NCBI GenBank assembly: GCA_965205215.1
Contig: OZ242041.1
Location: 256,001-320,000 of the forward strand
Direction: 5' to 3'
DNA from: Nitrosopumilus sp.
Lineage (GTDB): Archaea; Thermoproteota; Nitrososphaeria; Nitrososphaerales; Nitrosopumilaceae
Length of the DNA: 64,000 nucleotides
Position numbers and translations under genes: made by a program. A model generated the notes under the pieces. It made no database searches. It was not told the origin of the DNA and saw only the letters and a list, made by a program, of their open reading frames with translations. The first letter of the stretch is position 1, and each line of letters begins with the position of its first letter. Positions 50,208 to 59,732 of the stretch are shown here, piece by piece.

Positions 50208-50382
50208 GCGCGAACTGGTAGGCGCACGCGCTTATAACTTTGGATGTTGCCGCGCGGGCAGGGCGTGCGCGGACGGCCGTCTTCCATTATACGATCCGGC
50301 GCGCTTTGTCGGCGCCGCGGCGCGCATGCGTACTTTACTTGGAATCTTTATTTATCCACAATGCGTCACATAATTGATTATC

Positions 50383-51498
50383 ATGGGGATGGAATTTTAC
50401 GGTGACGATTACCGGGGGGCCGATGTCGCGCCGTTTGTTGGAATAAACACATTTCTGCACCTGCCCTGGATCAGAAGCCACGCCGAGCTGGTAGATGCAA
50501 ACCCCGACGTGGCGATAATAGGAGAACCGTTTGACTTTGGTACCACGATACGGCCGGGTGCAAGATACGGCCCGCGGGCCCTGCGCGCCGCGTCCACCAT
50601 ACCGTCCCCGCCGTACGAGCGGTTCAACATAGAGACCGGGGCCGACCCGTTTGGCACGTTCAGAACCGTGGACTACGGCGACGTGCAGGTCTCGCCGGGT
50701 GACGTGATAGAGTCACACAAGAGGATGACCGCAAAGGTCAAGGAGGTGCTCGAGCAAGACGGCATCCCGGTCATGCTCGGGGGGGACCACTCCATAACGT
50801 ATGCCAACGTAAGGGCGTTTGCAAAAAAGTACAAGCGGATAGGAATGATACACTTTGACACGCACGCGGACTGCGCGCCGCAGGGCCTGACGGGCTACAA
50901 GTACGACCACGGGGCCCACATACGCCGCATAATGGAGATCGGGTGCATGAAGGGGCGCAACTACTCGCTTGTGGGACCGCGCGGATACTGGCCGGGGCCT
51001 GACCTTTACAAGTGGATGTCCGACCAGGACTTTCAATGGTTTACGATGCTCGACGTGGAGGAGATGGGTATAGACTATATCGCAAAGGAGATTGCGGACC
51101 GCGCAAACGACGGGACGGACGCGGTATACCTGAGCTGGGACATAGACTCGTTTGACCCCGCATACGCCCCCGGCACCGGGGAGCCGGAGCCCAACGGACT
51201 AACGTCCAGGGAGGGCATACGCATGATCAGGCTGCTCTCGAAATCCTTTGACCCGGACCGCTTTGCGATGGATCTGGTGGAGGTCGCGCCGGCGTACGAC
51301 GTCAGCGATAACAGCTCGTACAACGGCGGGATTACCTCTGGCCTTGGCCAGCGGCTGATAGTGGAGCTGCTGGCGGGACTCTCGCTTACAAAGAGGGGGC
51401 TTGAGGGCGGCAGCCCCGTCAGGCCGAGGGACTATCGCGGTACGGGCAACACATACAACTTTGGAAACCCACGGGCGGAGATTCCTGATCGCGGTTGA
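50383..51498 (+). CDS. Ureohydrolase (agmatinase/arginase superfamily), substrate unknown
   Basis: RPGARYGP, GGDHS, HFDTHAD, SWDIDSFDP..APGTGEPE; all binuclear metal ligands present. Confidence 0.92.
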   Translation: MGMEFYGDDYRGADVAPFVGINTFLHLPWIRSHAELVDANPDVAIIGEPFDFGTTIRPGARYGPRALRAASTIPSPPYERFNIETGADPFGTFRTVDYGDVQVSPGDVIESHKRMTAKVKEVLEQDGIPVMLGGDHSITYANVRAFAKKYKRIGMIHFDTHADCAPQGLTGYKYDHGAHIRRIMEIGCMKGRNYSLVGPRGYWPGPDLYKWMSDQDFQWFTMLDVEEMGIDYIAKEIADRANDGTDAVYLSWDIDSFDPAYAPGTGEPEPNGLTSREGIRMIRLLSKSFDPDRFAMDLVEVAPAYDVSDNSSYNGGITSGLGQRLIVELLAGLSLTKRGLEGGSPVRPRDYRGTGNTYNFGNPRAEIPDRG

Positions 51499-52088
51499 CG
51501 GGTAATACGCGCAGCAGCGGCCGCCTGCAGTGCACCATACAGGTAACCGCGCGGGGGGCAGACAGGGACATGGGCCCGCTGACCAGGCGGTACGATATAA
51601 TGGACAGAAACGACGAGGAGATGCTTGCGGCGGCGGCCGACTCAATCCAGAACATGATCGCCGGCAACCGCAGGATAAACATCAACGACGTCATGCTGCT
51701 GTACGGTGCATGCGCGTACTCGTCTGCGGCAGCGGCAGGCCGGCAGGGCTCGTGCATGTCTGCAATCGAGGAGGGGCTGCCGGACATGCTGTCTGACCAC
51801 CAGGTGATGATCGGCGTGCCGGACATGATCAGGCGCCTTGAGATCAGCATCATGGACAGGACAGGCGGCGGCGGCGCGGCAGATGTAGTGATACAGGATC
51901 CAATCAGGCCCGCATCATACATGAAACGGGGATTGAGTCAGGGGCAGTCGTCATCACCATCGTCATCACCATCGTCATCACCATCGTCATCACCATCGTC
52001 ATCACCATCGTCATCACCATCATCGGCGGCGGCATCGCTTAGCAACAGCGATGGCGGCGGCAGGATAATCTCGGGTGAGATGCCATGA
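51495..52088 (+). CDS. Divergent urease gamma-subunit paralogue
   Basis: RININD...LSDHQVMIGVPDMIRRLEI...VVIQDPI aligns with UreA KLNHPE...[19 protein letters not shown]...VTVHDPI in this window. Start and stop overlap both neighbours. Confidence 0.7.
   Translation: MTGNTRSSGRLQCTIQVTARGADRDMGPLTRRYDIMDRNDEEMLAAAADSIQNMIAGNRRININDVMLLYGACAYSSAAAAGRQGSCMSAIEEGLPDMLSDHQVMIGVPDMIRRLEISIMDRTGGGGAADVVIQDPIRPASYMKRGLSQGQSSSPSSSPSSSPSSSPSSSPSSSPSSAAASLSNSDGGGRIISGEMP
51948..52019 (+). repeat. 12-bp tandem repeat x6 (tcgtcatcacca; SSSP)
   Basis: Seen directly in the sequence. Confidence 0.95.
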
Positions 52089-52945
52089 CCGTGCTGGACG
52101 GACTGCTTGCAGGCGCATACCACGCGCCGTATGCAGAGGCTCCCCTGCTTTTGCTGGGGGCCGGGCTGCTGATAGGGCTGTACCATGCATTGGAGCCGGA
52201 TCACGTAACCGCAATGCTGTCGTCTGTCAGACGGGGGCAGAGGGGGGAAGAGAAGCAGAGTAGGAGGAGGGCAGGCATATCGGGCTCCATATCGGGCTTG
52301 TTATGGGGGTTCGGGCACGCGTCTAGCATATTTCTAGTGGCGGTGTTAGTCATAATACTGTCCGTAAACATCCCACACGAACTGTTTGACATATTCGAGA
52401 TGGGGGTGGGCGCGATGCTGCTCCTGCTTGGCGTGTCGGCGATACGCGGAGGCGACGACGGCACAAAAAGGTGGGGGGTGCCATTCCTGTCACGACTCTG
52501 GACGCACTCGCACGTCCATACGCACGAGGACGGAACGACGCACTCACACCCGCACAGACACGACGACAAACACGGGGGTGGGGGTGATGACGGCAGCACG
52601 GGCCACTCGCACAGCCACGTCCCGTACGTCATAGGATGCGTGCACGGCCTGGCCGGAAGCGGGGGGTTGGTGATATTGGCCCTGTCGGCCGTACCGGACG
52701 CAATAGCATCGTCTGCGGCCGATGCCGGGGCGCTGCTGCCGCTGCCGCTATTGCTTGCGTCAGTGTTTGGCGCTGGATCAACGATCGGCATGGTGCTGGT
52801 GGCGGGTGCCCTGTCACTGTTGTTTGCGGCATGCGGCAGCACCAACACCGCAAGGAGGGCAATCCGGTACGCGTCAGGGGGCGCCGCAATACTGTTTGGC
52901 GCGTATATCATTGCGAGCGGCGCGGCCGCAGCGCTGGGGATATAG
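52085..52945 (+). CDS. ureH: UreH/NiCoT-like nickel transporter
   Basis: HALEPDH, WGFGH and HGLAGSGG motifs; His-rich loop HSHVHTHEDGTTHSHPH. Confidence 0.82.
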   Translation: MTVLDGLLAGAYHAPYAEAPLLLLGAGLLIGLYHALEPDHVTAMLSSVRRGQRGEEKQSRRRAGISGSISGLLWGFGHASSIFLVAVLVIILSVNIPHELFDIFEMGVGAMLLLLGVSAIRGGDDGTKRWGVPFLSRLWTHSHVHTHEDGTTHSHPHRHDDKHGGGGDDGSTGHSHSHVPYVIGCVHGLAGSGGLVILALSAVPDAIASSAADAGALLPLPLLLASVFGAGSTIGMVLVAGALSLLFAACGSTNTARRAIRYASGGAAILFGAYIIASGAAAALGI

Positions 52946-52976
52946 CGGCGTCAGCAGAAAGCAACAACCAAGAGCA

Positions 52977-53546
52977 CTAGCGGGTCGTAGTCTCCGGATT
53001 GGACGGCTCGGCCCTGCCGCTGCCGCCTCCCACGTTTCCGCGGCCCAGCAGCAGACTGCGCGACTTTAGCGTCTTCCGGATCAGGACGAACCCGAGCGCG
53101 GTCGTAATGGCGCCAAACAGGATGTGCGTCACGTTGGCATCCTCCCCAGTGGACATCATGGTAAAGCCCAGCCCCAGCAGCATCATCAGGCCGCCCAGTC
53201 CGGCAAAGATTATCATTACAAGGGGCAGTTTCTGCGGAGGCCTCGGCAGCTCGTTTTTTGATTTTGGCGCCGTGGGAACGGGAACGGCCCCGTTTGATAC
53301 CGCCTCGTAGCAGACGTGGCAGTAGTTGTGGTGGATGCCGCCCTTGTTGTACGGCTTCATAAAGTAATAGTCGACGCCGCACAGATCGCACTTCCTGGTA
53401 GGGCTTACAATCTTGGCGTGCTTGTCAAACTCCTTGCCGAGCTCCAGCATGCAGGGCCTGCAATAGTAGCCCGGTATGCGCCACATGCGCTGGAACTTGT
53501 ATTTCTTCCATCCAAGGGTGATGCCGCACCCGGCGCAGTGTGTCAC
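52977..53546 (-). CDS. Double zinc-finger protein with two C-terminal TM helices
   Basis: Four CxxC motifs (CAGC, CRPC, CDLC, CHVC) followed by two hydrophobic helices. Confidence 0.75.
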   Translation of the reverse strand: MTHCAGCGITLGWKKYKFQRMWRIPGYYCRPCMLELGKEFDKHAKIVSPTRKCDLCGVDYYFMKPYNKGGIHHNYCHVCYEAVSNGAVPVPTAPKSKNELPRPPQKLPLVMIIFAGLGGLMMLLGLGFTMMSTGEDANVTHILFGAITTALGFVLIRKTLKSRSLLLGRGNVGGGSGRAEPSNPETTTR

Positions 53547-53552
53547 GAGGGA

Positions 53553-55772
53553 TCACGCCCCCGATTTTGCCCCGTCGTCCTTTCCGCTTTTGGCGTCGTC
53601 GCCACCGCTGTCGTCATCGTCGCCGCCACCGCCGGCTTCATCGGCAGGATCATCCTCGACGGCCTCCTGCGCCCCGGATTCCGTGACGACTGCCTTCCTG
53701 CCCCTGGCAACCTGTGCGATTCCATGCCTCGCTTCTATGATGGGTAGCCCAACTATAAAAAAGGTCGCGGCGCTCACCCATGTGACTGCTATGCCGACCC
53801 ACAGAGAGTAGAACCCGATGTCAAACACGTACCCGGAGAAGAACAGCGGCATGGGCCACGCTATGATCAGCACCAAGGTCATGATCCCGCCTCCCTTGAG
53901 GCTGAACTTGAACGCGCGGTTAAGCGTCCTTTCGTCCGCGTCGAGCGCCGCCTTCTCGGCCTGGCTGATGTCCACCAGCTTTATCCTCTCCCTCATTAAT
54001 GCCCAGTCGAACTTGGTCCTGCTTGCCAAGCTTCCCAGGCCCGCGATGGCGCCGCCCGTAAGTATGCCGGCTATGTTACCGAAGAGCATAGAGTAGTTGT
54101 GCCCCAGGCTGGCAAGCGACACCTCGCCCCCGAACTCCGGCAGCGACGCGGCCACGCCGACCCAAGTGCCCAGCGCCACGAAGAGCCCCGCAATCGCGCC
54201 TATCGTGGCGGCGTACTTGTTTGTGCGCTTCCACGTGATCGTCAGGGCTATCGGTATCACGGCAGAGCCGATCAGCACGCCCATCGCCAGGTATACGAAT
54301 CCCAGTGACAGTCCCATGCTCAGCAGTATCACCGCCAGGCCCCCCATGCCCAGGCCGAACCCGATTATGGTGGCGCGCGAGACCTTTAGCAGCTGTTTTC
54401 CCGACGCCGACGGGTTCTTGTACGTCCTATACACGTCGTACGTGATCAGCGACGAGACGGCGATCAGCTCGGCGGATCCCGCCGACGTCACGGCCATGAA
54501 CAGCATGGTCAGCACCATCACGGCGCCTACCTCGCCCATCAAAACCGATGCGGCGGCGGGCACCGTAAGCCCGAGCTGAACCTGCTCTGGCGTCAGGTCC
54601 ACGCCAAGCGCGACGGCCGTGAGGCCCATTGTAGTTGCAAGCGTAAACGGAATGGCAAACCAGCAGGCGCCACCGAGGAGGAACCCCTTTACCGTGGACT
54701 GCGGGCGCGCGGCAATCGCGCGCTGCCAGTACGCCTGGTCCACAAACACGGTGCCAAAGTTGCCCACGATGTTGATCACGCCGAATATCAGACCCCCGAG
54801 GGACGCCATGGTAAGGTAGGCGCCCGCCGCGTTGCCCTCCACCGGGCTTATGCGCGCGGCCTCGACGAGCTTGTCGTACATTCCCTCGATGCCGCCCGTA
54901 ATGGGGCTGATAAAGTAGACCGTGCTGACGAATATCAGTATCACGATGAATATGATTATGGTATGCATGTAGTCTGCAACGAACGTGGCCTTTAGCCCGC
55001 CGACCAGCGTGTATATCATCACGCCTATCGGGATCAGGAACGCGGCAAGCGAGATATCCATGCCGGTCAGCCCGTTGACGACTGCAGCGCCGCCGAGCAG
55101 CAGCATGGCTGTAACTATCATGTTGGTCATCAGGGCGAACACGAGAAAGACCCGGTGGGCGCCGCCGCCGTACCTGGCCCTTATGATCTCCAGGAACGTG
55201 TGGGCGTTGGGCGCCTTGCGCTTGAGCTCTATTGCCAGTATGCCGAAGAGAAGGACCTGTATGGATGCGCCTGCCGCATACCAGAACGGACCGCTTACCC
55301 CGTACTGGTAGGCAACCGTCGACGACTGCAGCAGCGTGGCGGCCCACGTCCAAGCAGATACAATGGCAGCCGCAGTAAGGCCTGTTTTGATCACTCTGCC
55401 AGCCGTGTTGAACCACTCTGAGGTCTGGGAGACGCCTAGGTATCGTTCCTCCACCTTTGTCTCGATCGTGATTACGATCGCGAACACGGCGCCGAGGCCC
55501 ACAACTATGAACCAGCCCCAGCTCTCGTCGAGCACGTCGCCTATCGTGAATCCTTCCGCGATGGCACCGGCACCAAACGCCGGGTTTGGGACGCAGGATA
55601 TAGCCAGTACGGCGACCAGCGCCACTGCCGCAGACGGCAAAAACGCCTGCCGGGACATGATCGCCTTTTTGTTAGCAGCCGCAGCAGACGCAATGGATTC
55701 AAGCGGCGCCACTACTGATGCCGTTATCGTAGAGAGGGTGGTAGTCGCAGGCTGTCCGCGCTCCATGCGCAT
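53553..55772 (-). CDS. dur3: DUR3-type active urea transporter (SSS family)
   Basis: FNTAGR, SAWTWAATLLQSS, GPFWYAAGA, GNFGTVFVDQAYWQRAIAA. Confidence 0.93.
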   Translation of the reverse strand: MRMERGQPATTTLSTITASVVAPLESIASAAAANKKAIMSRQAFLPSAAVALVAVLAISCVPNPAFGAGAIAEGFTIGDVLDESWGWFIVVGLGAVFAIVITIETKVEERYLGVSQTSEWFNTAGRVIKTGLTAAAIVSAWTWAATLLQSSTVAYQYGVSGPFWYAAGASIQVLLFGILAIELKRKAPNAHTFLEIIRARYGGGAHRVFLVFALMTNMIVTAMLLLGGAAVVNGLTGMDISLAAFLIPIGVMIYTLVGGLKATFVADYMHTIIIFIVILIFVSTVYFISPITGGIEGMYDKLVEAARISPVEGNAAGAYLTMASLGGLIFGVINIVGNFGTVFVDQAYWQRAIAARPQSTVKGFLLGGACWFAIPFTLATTMGLTAVALGVDLTPEQVQLGLTVPAAASVLMGEVGAVMVLTMLFMAVTSAGSAELIAVSSLITYDVYRTYKNPSASGKQLLKVSRATIIGFGLGMGGLAVILLSMGLSLGFVYLAMGVLIGSAVIPIALTITWKRTNKYAATIGAIAGLFVALGTWVGVAASLPEFGGEVSLASLGHNYSMLFGNIAGILTGGAIAGLGSLASRTKFDWALMRERIKLVDISQAEKAALDADERTLNRAFKFSLKGGGIMTLVLIIAWPMPLFFSGYVFDIGFYSLWVGIAVTWVSAATFFIVGLPIIEARHGIAQVARGRKAVVTESGAQEAVEDDPADEAGGGGDDDDSGGDDAKSGKDDGAKSGA

Positions 55773-55851
55773 ACGTGTGGCCTGCTTTCCCCATATGCGT
55801 TCAAACCGTATCTCGCCTTATATACAAAAAACTAGTCGATGTCGACTAAGC

Positions 55852-57564
55852 CTAGTACAGGCTGTACAACCTTCCAAGGGACAGGCGCGTCGCCGGTTCG
55901 GCGGTGGCCGGCCTGCCGTCCACCACGACCTCGTAGGTCTCAGGATTGATGCGTATCTCAGGCGTCAGGTCGTTGTGCACCATGTCCTTTTTGCCTATGC
56001 CGCGGCAGTTCTCGACTGGCACCAGCCTCTTTGAGGTCCCAAGGCTGTCCGGAAGCCCGCGGGCAATGGCCAGCTTTGACGTGAACGTGACCGACGTCGA
56101 GTGCTTGGCCGAGCCGAGCGCCCCGAACATCGGGCGGTAGTACACAGGCTCAGTCGTCGGTATGCTCGCGTTGGGATCGCCCATCAGCGAGTACGCGACA
56201 AACCCGCCCTTTATGATCATCTTGGGCTTTATGCCAAAGAACTGCGGTGTCCACACCACGATGTCGGCAAGCTTGCCGGGCTCAAGCGAGCCGACGTGGG
56301 CCGATATCCCGTGCGTTATGGCCGGGTTTATGGTAATCTTGGCAAGGTACCTCTTTACGCGCACGTTGTCGTTGTCGCCGCGCTCGCTGGCAAGCCGCCC
56401 CGTGCTGCGCTTCATCTTGTCGGCGGTCTGCCAGTTCCTGGTGGTAACCTCCCCCACCCGTCCCATCGCCTGGCTGTCAGAGGACATCATGGATATGGCG
56501 CCCATGTCGTGCAGGACGTCCTCCGCCGCTATGGTCTCGCCGCGTATGCGCGACTCGGCAAACGAGAGGTCCTCCGGGACGGAGGGGTTCAGGTGGTGGC
56601 AGACCATCATCATGTCGAGGTGCTCCGCCAGCGTGTTCACCGTGAACGGGCGCGTAGGGTTGGTGGAGGACGGCAGTATGTTAGGCTCCCCGGCCACCCT
56701 CATTATGTCGGGCGCGTGCCCCCCGCCGGCCCCCTCCGTATGGTACGTGTGGATGGTCCGGCCCGCTATGGCCTGTATGGTATCGTCCACAAAGCCGCAC
56801 TCGTTGAGCGTGTCGGTGTGTATCGCAACCTGCGTGTCCGTCTCGTCTGCCACGCGCAGGGCCGAGTCTATGGTGGCGGGAGTCGTCCCCCAGTCCTCGT
56901 GCAGCTTTAGCCCGCAGGCGCCGGCTCCCACCTGCTCCAGAAGCGACTCGGGCCTGGAGTCGTTGCCCTTGCAGAGGAACCCAAAGTTGAGAGGGTATTC
57001 CTCGGCGGCCTCTATCATGCGGTGTATGTTCCACGAGCCCGGCGTGCAGGTCGTGGCCTTTGTGCCGTCGGCGGGGCCCGTGCCGCCGCCTATCATGGTG
57101 GTGGTGCCGTTGCATATGGCGTCCACCGCCTGCTGCGGCGAGATGAAGTGGATGTGAGTGTCTATGGTGCCCGGCGTGCATATCGTGTGCTCGCCGGCGA
57201 TCACCTCCGTGTTCGAGGACACGGTCATCTCGATGCCGTCCATGATGTGGGGGTTTCCGGCGTTCCCGACGCCCGCGATTAGCCCGTCCTTTATCCCGAT
57301 GTCGGCCTTTACGATGCCAAGCACCGGGTCCATGACGATCGCGTTTGTAATCAGCAGGTCAAGCGAGTCCTCCCGCAGGACGCCGCTGGCCTGGCCCATT
57401 CCGTCGCGCGCGCTCTTCCCGCCGCCAAAGACGATCTCGTCGCCGTGCACGAGCAGGTCGCGCTCGATCTCTATTATCAGGTCCGTGTCGGCAAGCCGGA
57501 CCCTGTCGCCGGCGGTGGGCCCGAACAGCTCGGCGTACCGGCGCCGCGGAATCTCAAGCGTCAC
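55852..57564 (-). CDS. ureC: Urease alpha subunit
   Basis: [41 protein letters not shown]. Confidence 0.98.
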   Translation of the reverse strand: MTLEIPRRRYAELFGPTAGDRVRLADTDLIIEIERDLLVHGDEIVFGGGKSARDGMGQASGVLREDSLDLLITNAIVMDPVLGIVKADIGIKDGLIAGVGNAGNPHIMDGIEMTVSSNTEVIAGEHTICTPGTIDTHIHFISPQQAVDAICNGTTTMIGGGTGPADGTKATTCTPGSWNIHRMIEAAEEYPLNFGFLCKGNDSRPESLLEQVGAGACGLKLHEDWGTTPATIDSALRVADETDTQVAIHTDTLNECGFVDDTIQAIAGRTIHTYHTEGAGGGHAPDIMRVAGEPNILPSSTNPTRPFTVNTLAEHLDMMMVCHHLNPSVPEDLSFAESRIRGETIAAEDVLHDMGAISMMSSDSQAMGRVGEVTTRNWQTADKMKRSTGRLASERGDNDNVRVKRYLAKITINPAITHGISAHVGSLEPGKLADIVVWTPQFFGIKPKMIIKGGFVAYSLMGDPNASIPTTEPVYYRPMFGALGSAKHSTSVTFTSKLAIARGLPDSLGTSKRLVPVENCRGIGKKDMVHNDLTPEIRINPETYEVVVDGRPATAEPATRLSLGRLYSLY

Positions 57565-58025
57565 TGCGACCTGTACCCCCTCTCCGCGGCAAGGCGCAGG
57601 GCCCCGTCCCTCTTCTGGTCGAGCGGCCCGTTCACCAGCCCGCCAAAGCCGTACACCGTCCTCTCCCCGCCGTACGCGACAAGGCTGACTGTGCGCGAGT
57701 CGCCCGGCTCGAACCGGACGGACGTCCCGGCGGGAATGTTCAGGTGGAACCCGTACGCCCTTTGCCGGTCAAAGGACAGGGCCCTGTTTGCCTCAAAAAA
57801 GTGGGCGTGCGATCCGACCTGCACGGGGCGGTCCCCCGTGTTCGTGACCTGCACCGACACGGTGTCCCTGTCCCGGTTGAGTACGATGTCGCCACCGGCT
57901 ATGATGTACTCGCCGGGTATTTCGCGCGCGATCACTGCCCGGCCGCCGCCCCCGTGGTTTTCAATGCGATCCTGGTGGTCGTCGTCGTAATTATCATTAT
58001 TAACATCACCTGCCACCATTACCAC
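57561..58025 (-). CDS. ureB: Urease beta subunit
   Basis: [24 protein letters not shown]; start uncertain. Confidence 0.96.
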   Translation of the reverse strand: MVMVAGDVNNDNYDDDHQDRIENHGGGGRAVIAREIPGEYIIAGGDIVLNRDRDTVSVQVTNTGDRPVQVGSHAHFFEANRALSFDRQRAYGFHLNIPAGTSVRFEPGDSRTVSLVAYGGERTVYGFGGLVNGPLDQKRDGALRLAAERGYRSQ

Positions 58026-58070
58026 CTGCCATCATCACAGTCCCCACCACGCAAGCACGACGACACATCC

Positions 58071-58373
58071 TCACTTTGCTATCGGGTCGTGTACGGTCAC
58101 GAGCTTTGTGCCGTCGTCAAACGTGGCCTCCACCTGTATCGAGTGTATCAGATCCGGAACCTGCGGCAGCACGTCGTCCTTGCAGAGAACGCTTCTGCCC
58201 GAGCTCATCAGCTCGGGCACGGTCCTGCCGTCACGCGCGCCCTCCAGTATGTGGTCCGTGATTACGGCGACAGCCTCCGGATGGTTGAGCTTGAGGCCGC
58301 GCTCCTTGCGGCGCATCGCAAGCTGGGCCGCAAGGAACACGTGCAGCTTGTCAATCTCCCGCGGCGTGAGCAT
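58071..58373 (-). CDS. ureA: Urease gamma subunit
   Basis: [34 protein letters not shown]. Confidence 0.97.
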   Translation of the reverse strand: MLTPREIDKLHVFLAAQLAMRRKERGLKLNHPEAVAVITDHILEGARDGRTVPELMSSGRSVLCKDDVLPQVPDLIHSIQVEATFDDGTKLVTVHDPIAK

Positions 58374-58468
58374 CAATATTGAACCTACGTGCGTGACATA
58401 TTTAATAATTGAGGGGGCAGGGGGTGGGCGCAGGCAAAGTATAATTTGACACGCCGGCCAATCACGGC

Positions 58469-59014
58469 ATGCTGGATGTATACACCAAGATAGCGGGCAA
58501 CAAACTCAACGGCGACGAAAGGCGCGCAAGGGGCGGCGAGGAATTATTCGATACGGCCGTGATGCCGAGGGCCGACATGGCAAAGAGCAGGCAGCTTGTA
58601 AGGACAGAGTCGGGGGCCGAGGTAGGGATAAACCTGAGCCGGGGCACGACGCTGCGCCACGGGGACATCCTGCAAAGCGAGAACCAGAAGAGGGGGCCCC
58701 TAATGATCCAGCAGTCCCCCGAAAAGGTCGTCGTGGCAAGATTTCAGGCCCGGGATCCGGAGGACAACCATGGCATGCCATCTGTCAATGATTATTTCGA
58801 GTTATGCCTGGTCATGGGTCACGTAATAGGAAACAGGCACCGTCCCATCTCTGTCAACGGGGAGGAGAAGACCGTGTCGTTTCCGATACAGGACGATTCT
58901 GAACTAGAGACGTTTGAGAGGCTGCTTGGCCAGGCGGGGGGCGACGTCGAACTGAGGATTGCAAGGGAGATCTTTGTGCCGCATACGGGGGCCGACGTGC
59001 ATGGGCACCAGTGA
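58469..59014 (+). CDS. ureE: Urease accessory protein UreE
   Basis: [18 protein letters not shown]-terminal HGH. Confidence 0.9.
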   Translation: MLDVYTKIAGNKLNGDERRARGGEELFDTAVMPRADMAKSRQLVRTESGAEVGINLSRGTTLRHGDILQSENQKRGPLMIQQSPEKVVVARFQARDPEDNHGMPSVNDYFELCLVMGHVIGNRHRPISVNGEEKTVSFPIQDDSELETFERLLGQAGGDVELRIAREIFVPHTGADVHGHQ

Positions 59015-59732
59015 CGCGGGAGCGGCGGGGGACGGCCCCGGCGCCTGCGCGCCGGACGATCTTGACGCCCTGCAGATATCAGACTCGCTGTTTCCCACCG
59101 GGATGTTTGCGTCATCAGGCGGACTGGAGCTGATGTTTGCCAAGGGAATGGTAACTGGCGCGCGGGAGCTGTCTGCGCTGTGCAGGGACCTGATCACCCA
59201 CCAGGTCGGCGTTGCAGACTGCGTGGCCCTTGCAAACGCGTACGACGCGGCGTTCCGCAAAGACACGGATGCCATAGAGGAGGTGGATGCCGCATGCTGC
59301 TCTACGAAGACGGTGCGGGAGGCAAGGGACGCGTACGTGCGCTCCGGAGTGCAGCTGTGCAGGTGCGTTGCAGGGTTTTGCGGCGACGCGCGCCTGGCAA
59401 GATACATGGAGTGCATAGATGACGGGAGGGCCTCCGGGGTCTACCCGGTCGCACTGGGCGTGTGCTGCCGCGCGCTCGGGATCGGAAAAGAAAAGGCCGC
59501 GCTGATCATGCTGTATGGGTTTGTCTCAAACATGGCGGGCGCGGCGCTGCGGCTGGGAATGATACATCACTTTGAGGCGCAGGGGATAATTCACGAGCTA
59601 AAGCCCGTCATGCGGGAGGCCGCCGCGTCGTCGGTTGCAAAGGACGTGTCGGAGATGTGGCAGTTCTGCCCGCACGCCGAGGCGCTGCAGATGGCCCATG
59701 CGAGGACTGATGCAAAAATGTTCATTACGTGA
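59001..59732 (+). CDS. ureF: Urease accessory protein UreF
   Basis: QISDSLFPTGMFASSGGLE; C-terminal H......MFIT. Confidence 0.92.
   Translation: MGTSDAGAAGDGPGACAPDDLDALQISDSLFPTGMFASSGGLELMFAKGMVTGARELSALCRDLITHQVGVADCVALANAYDAAFRKDTDAIEEVDAACCSTKTVREARDAYVRSGVQLCRCVAGFCGDARLARYMECIDDGRASGVYPVALGVCCRALGIGKEKAALIMLYGFVSNMAGAALRLGMIHHFEAQGIIHELKPVMREAAASSVAKDVSEMWQFCPHAEALQMAHARTDAKMFIT

Noticed and set aside
50208-50382. Guanidine riboswitch upstream of the ureohydrolase
   Set aside because: No ykkC consensus or paired ACGR hairpins were seen, and the TATA position implies a very short leader.
50383-51498. Assignment as gdmH (guanidinase) or speB
   Set aside because: It lacks the GdmH-type Trp (has PGTGEPEP), and the substrate cannot be determined from motifs alone.
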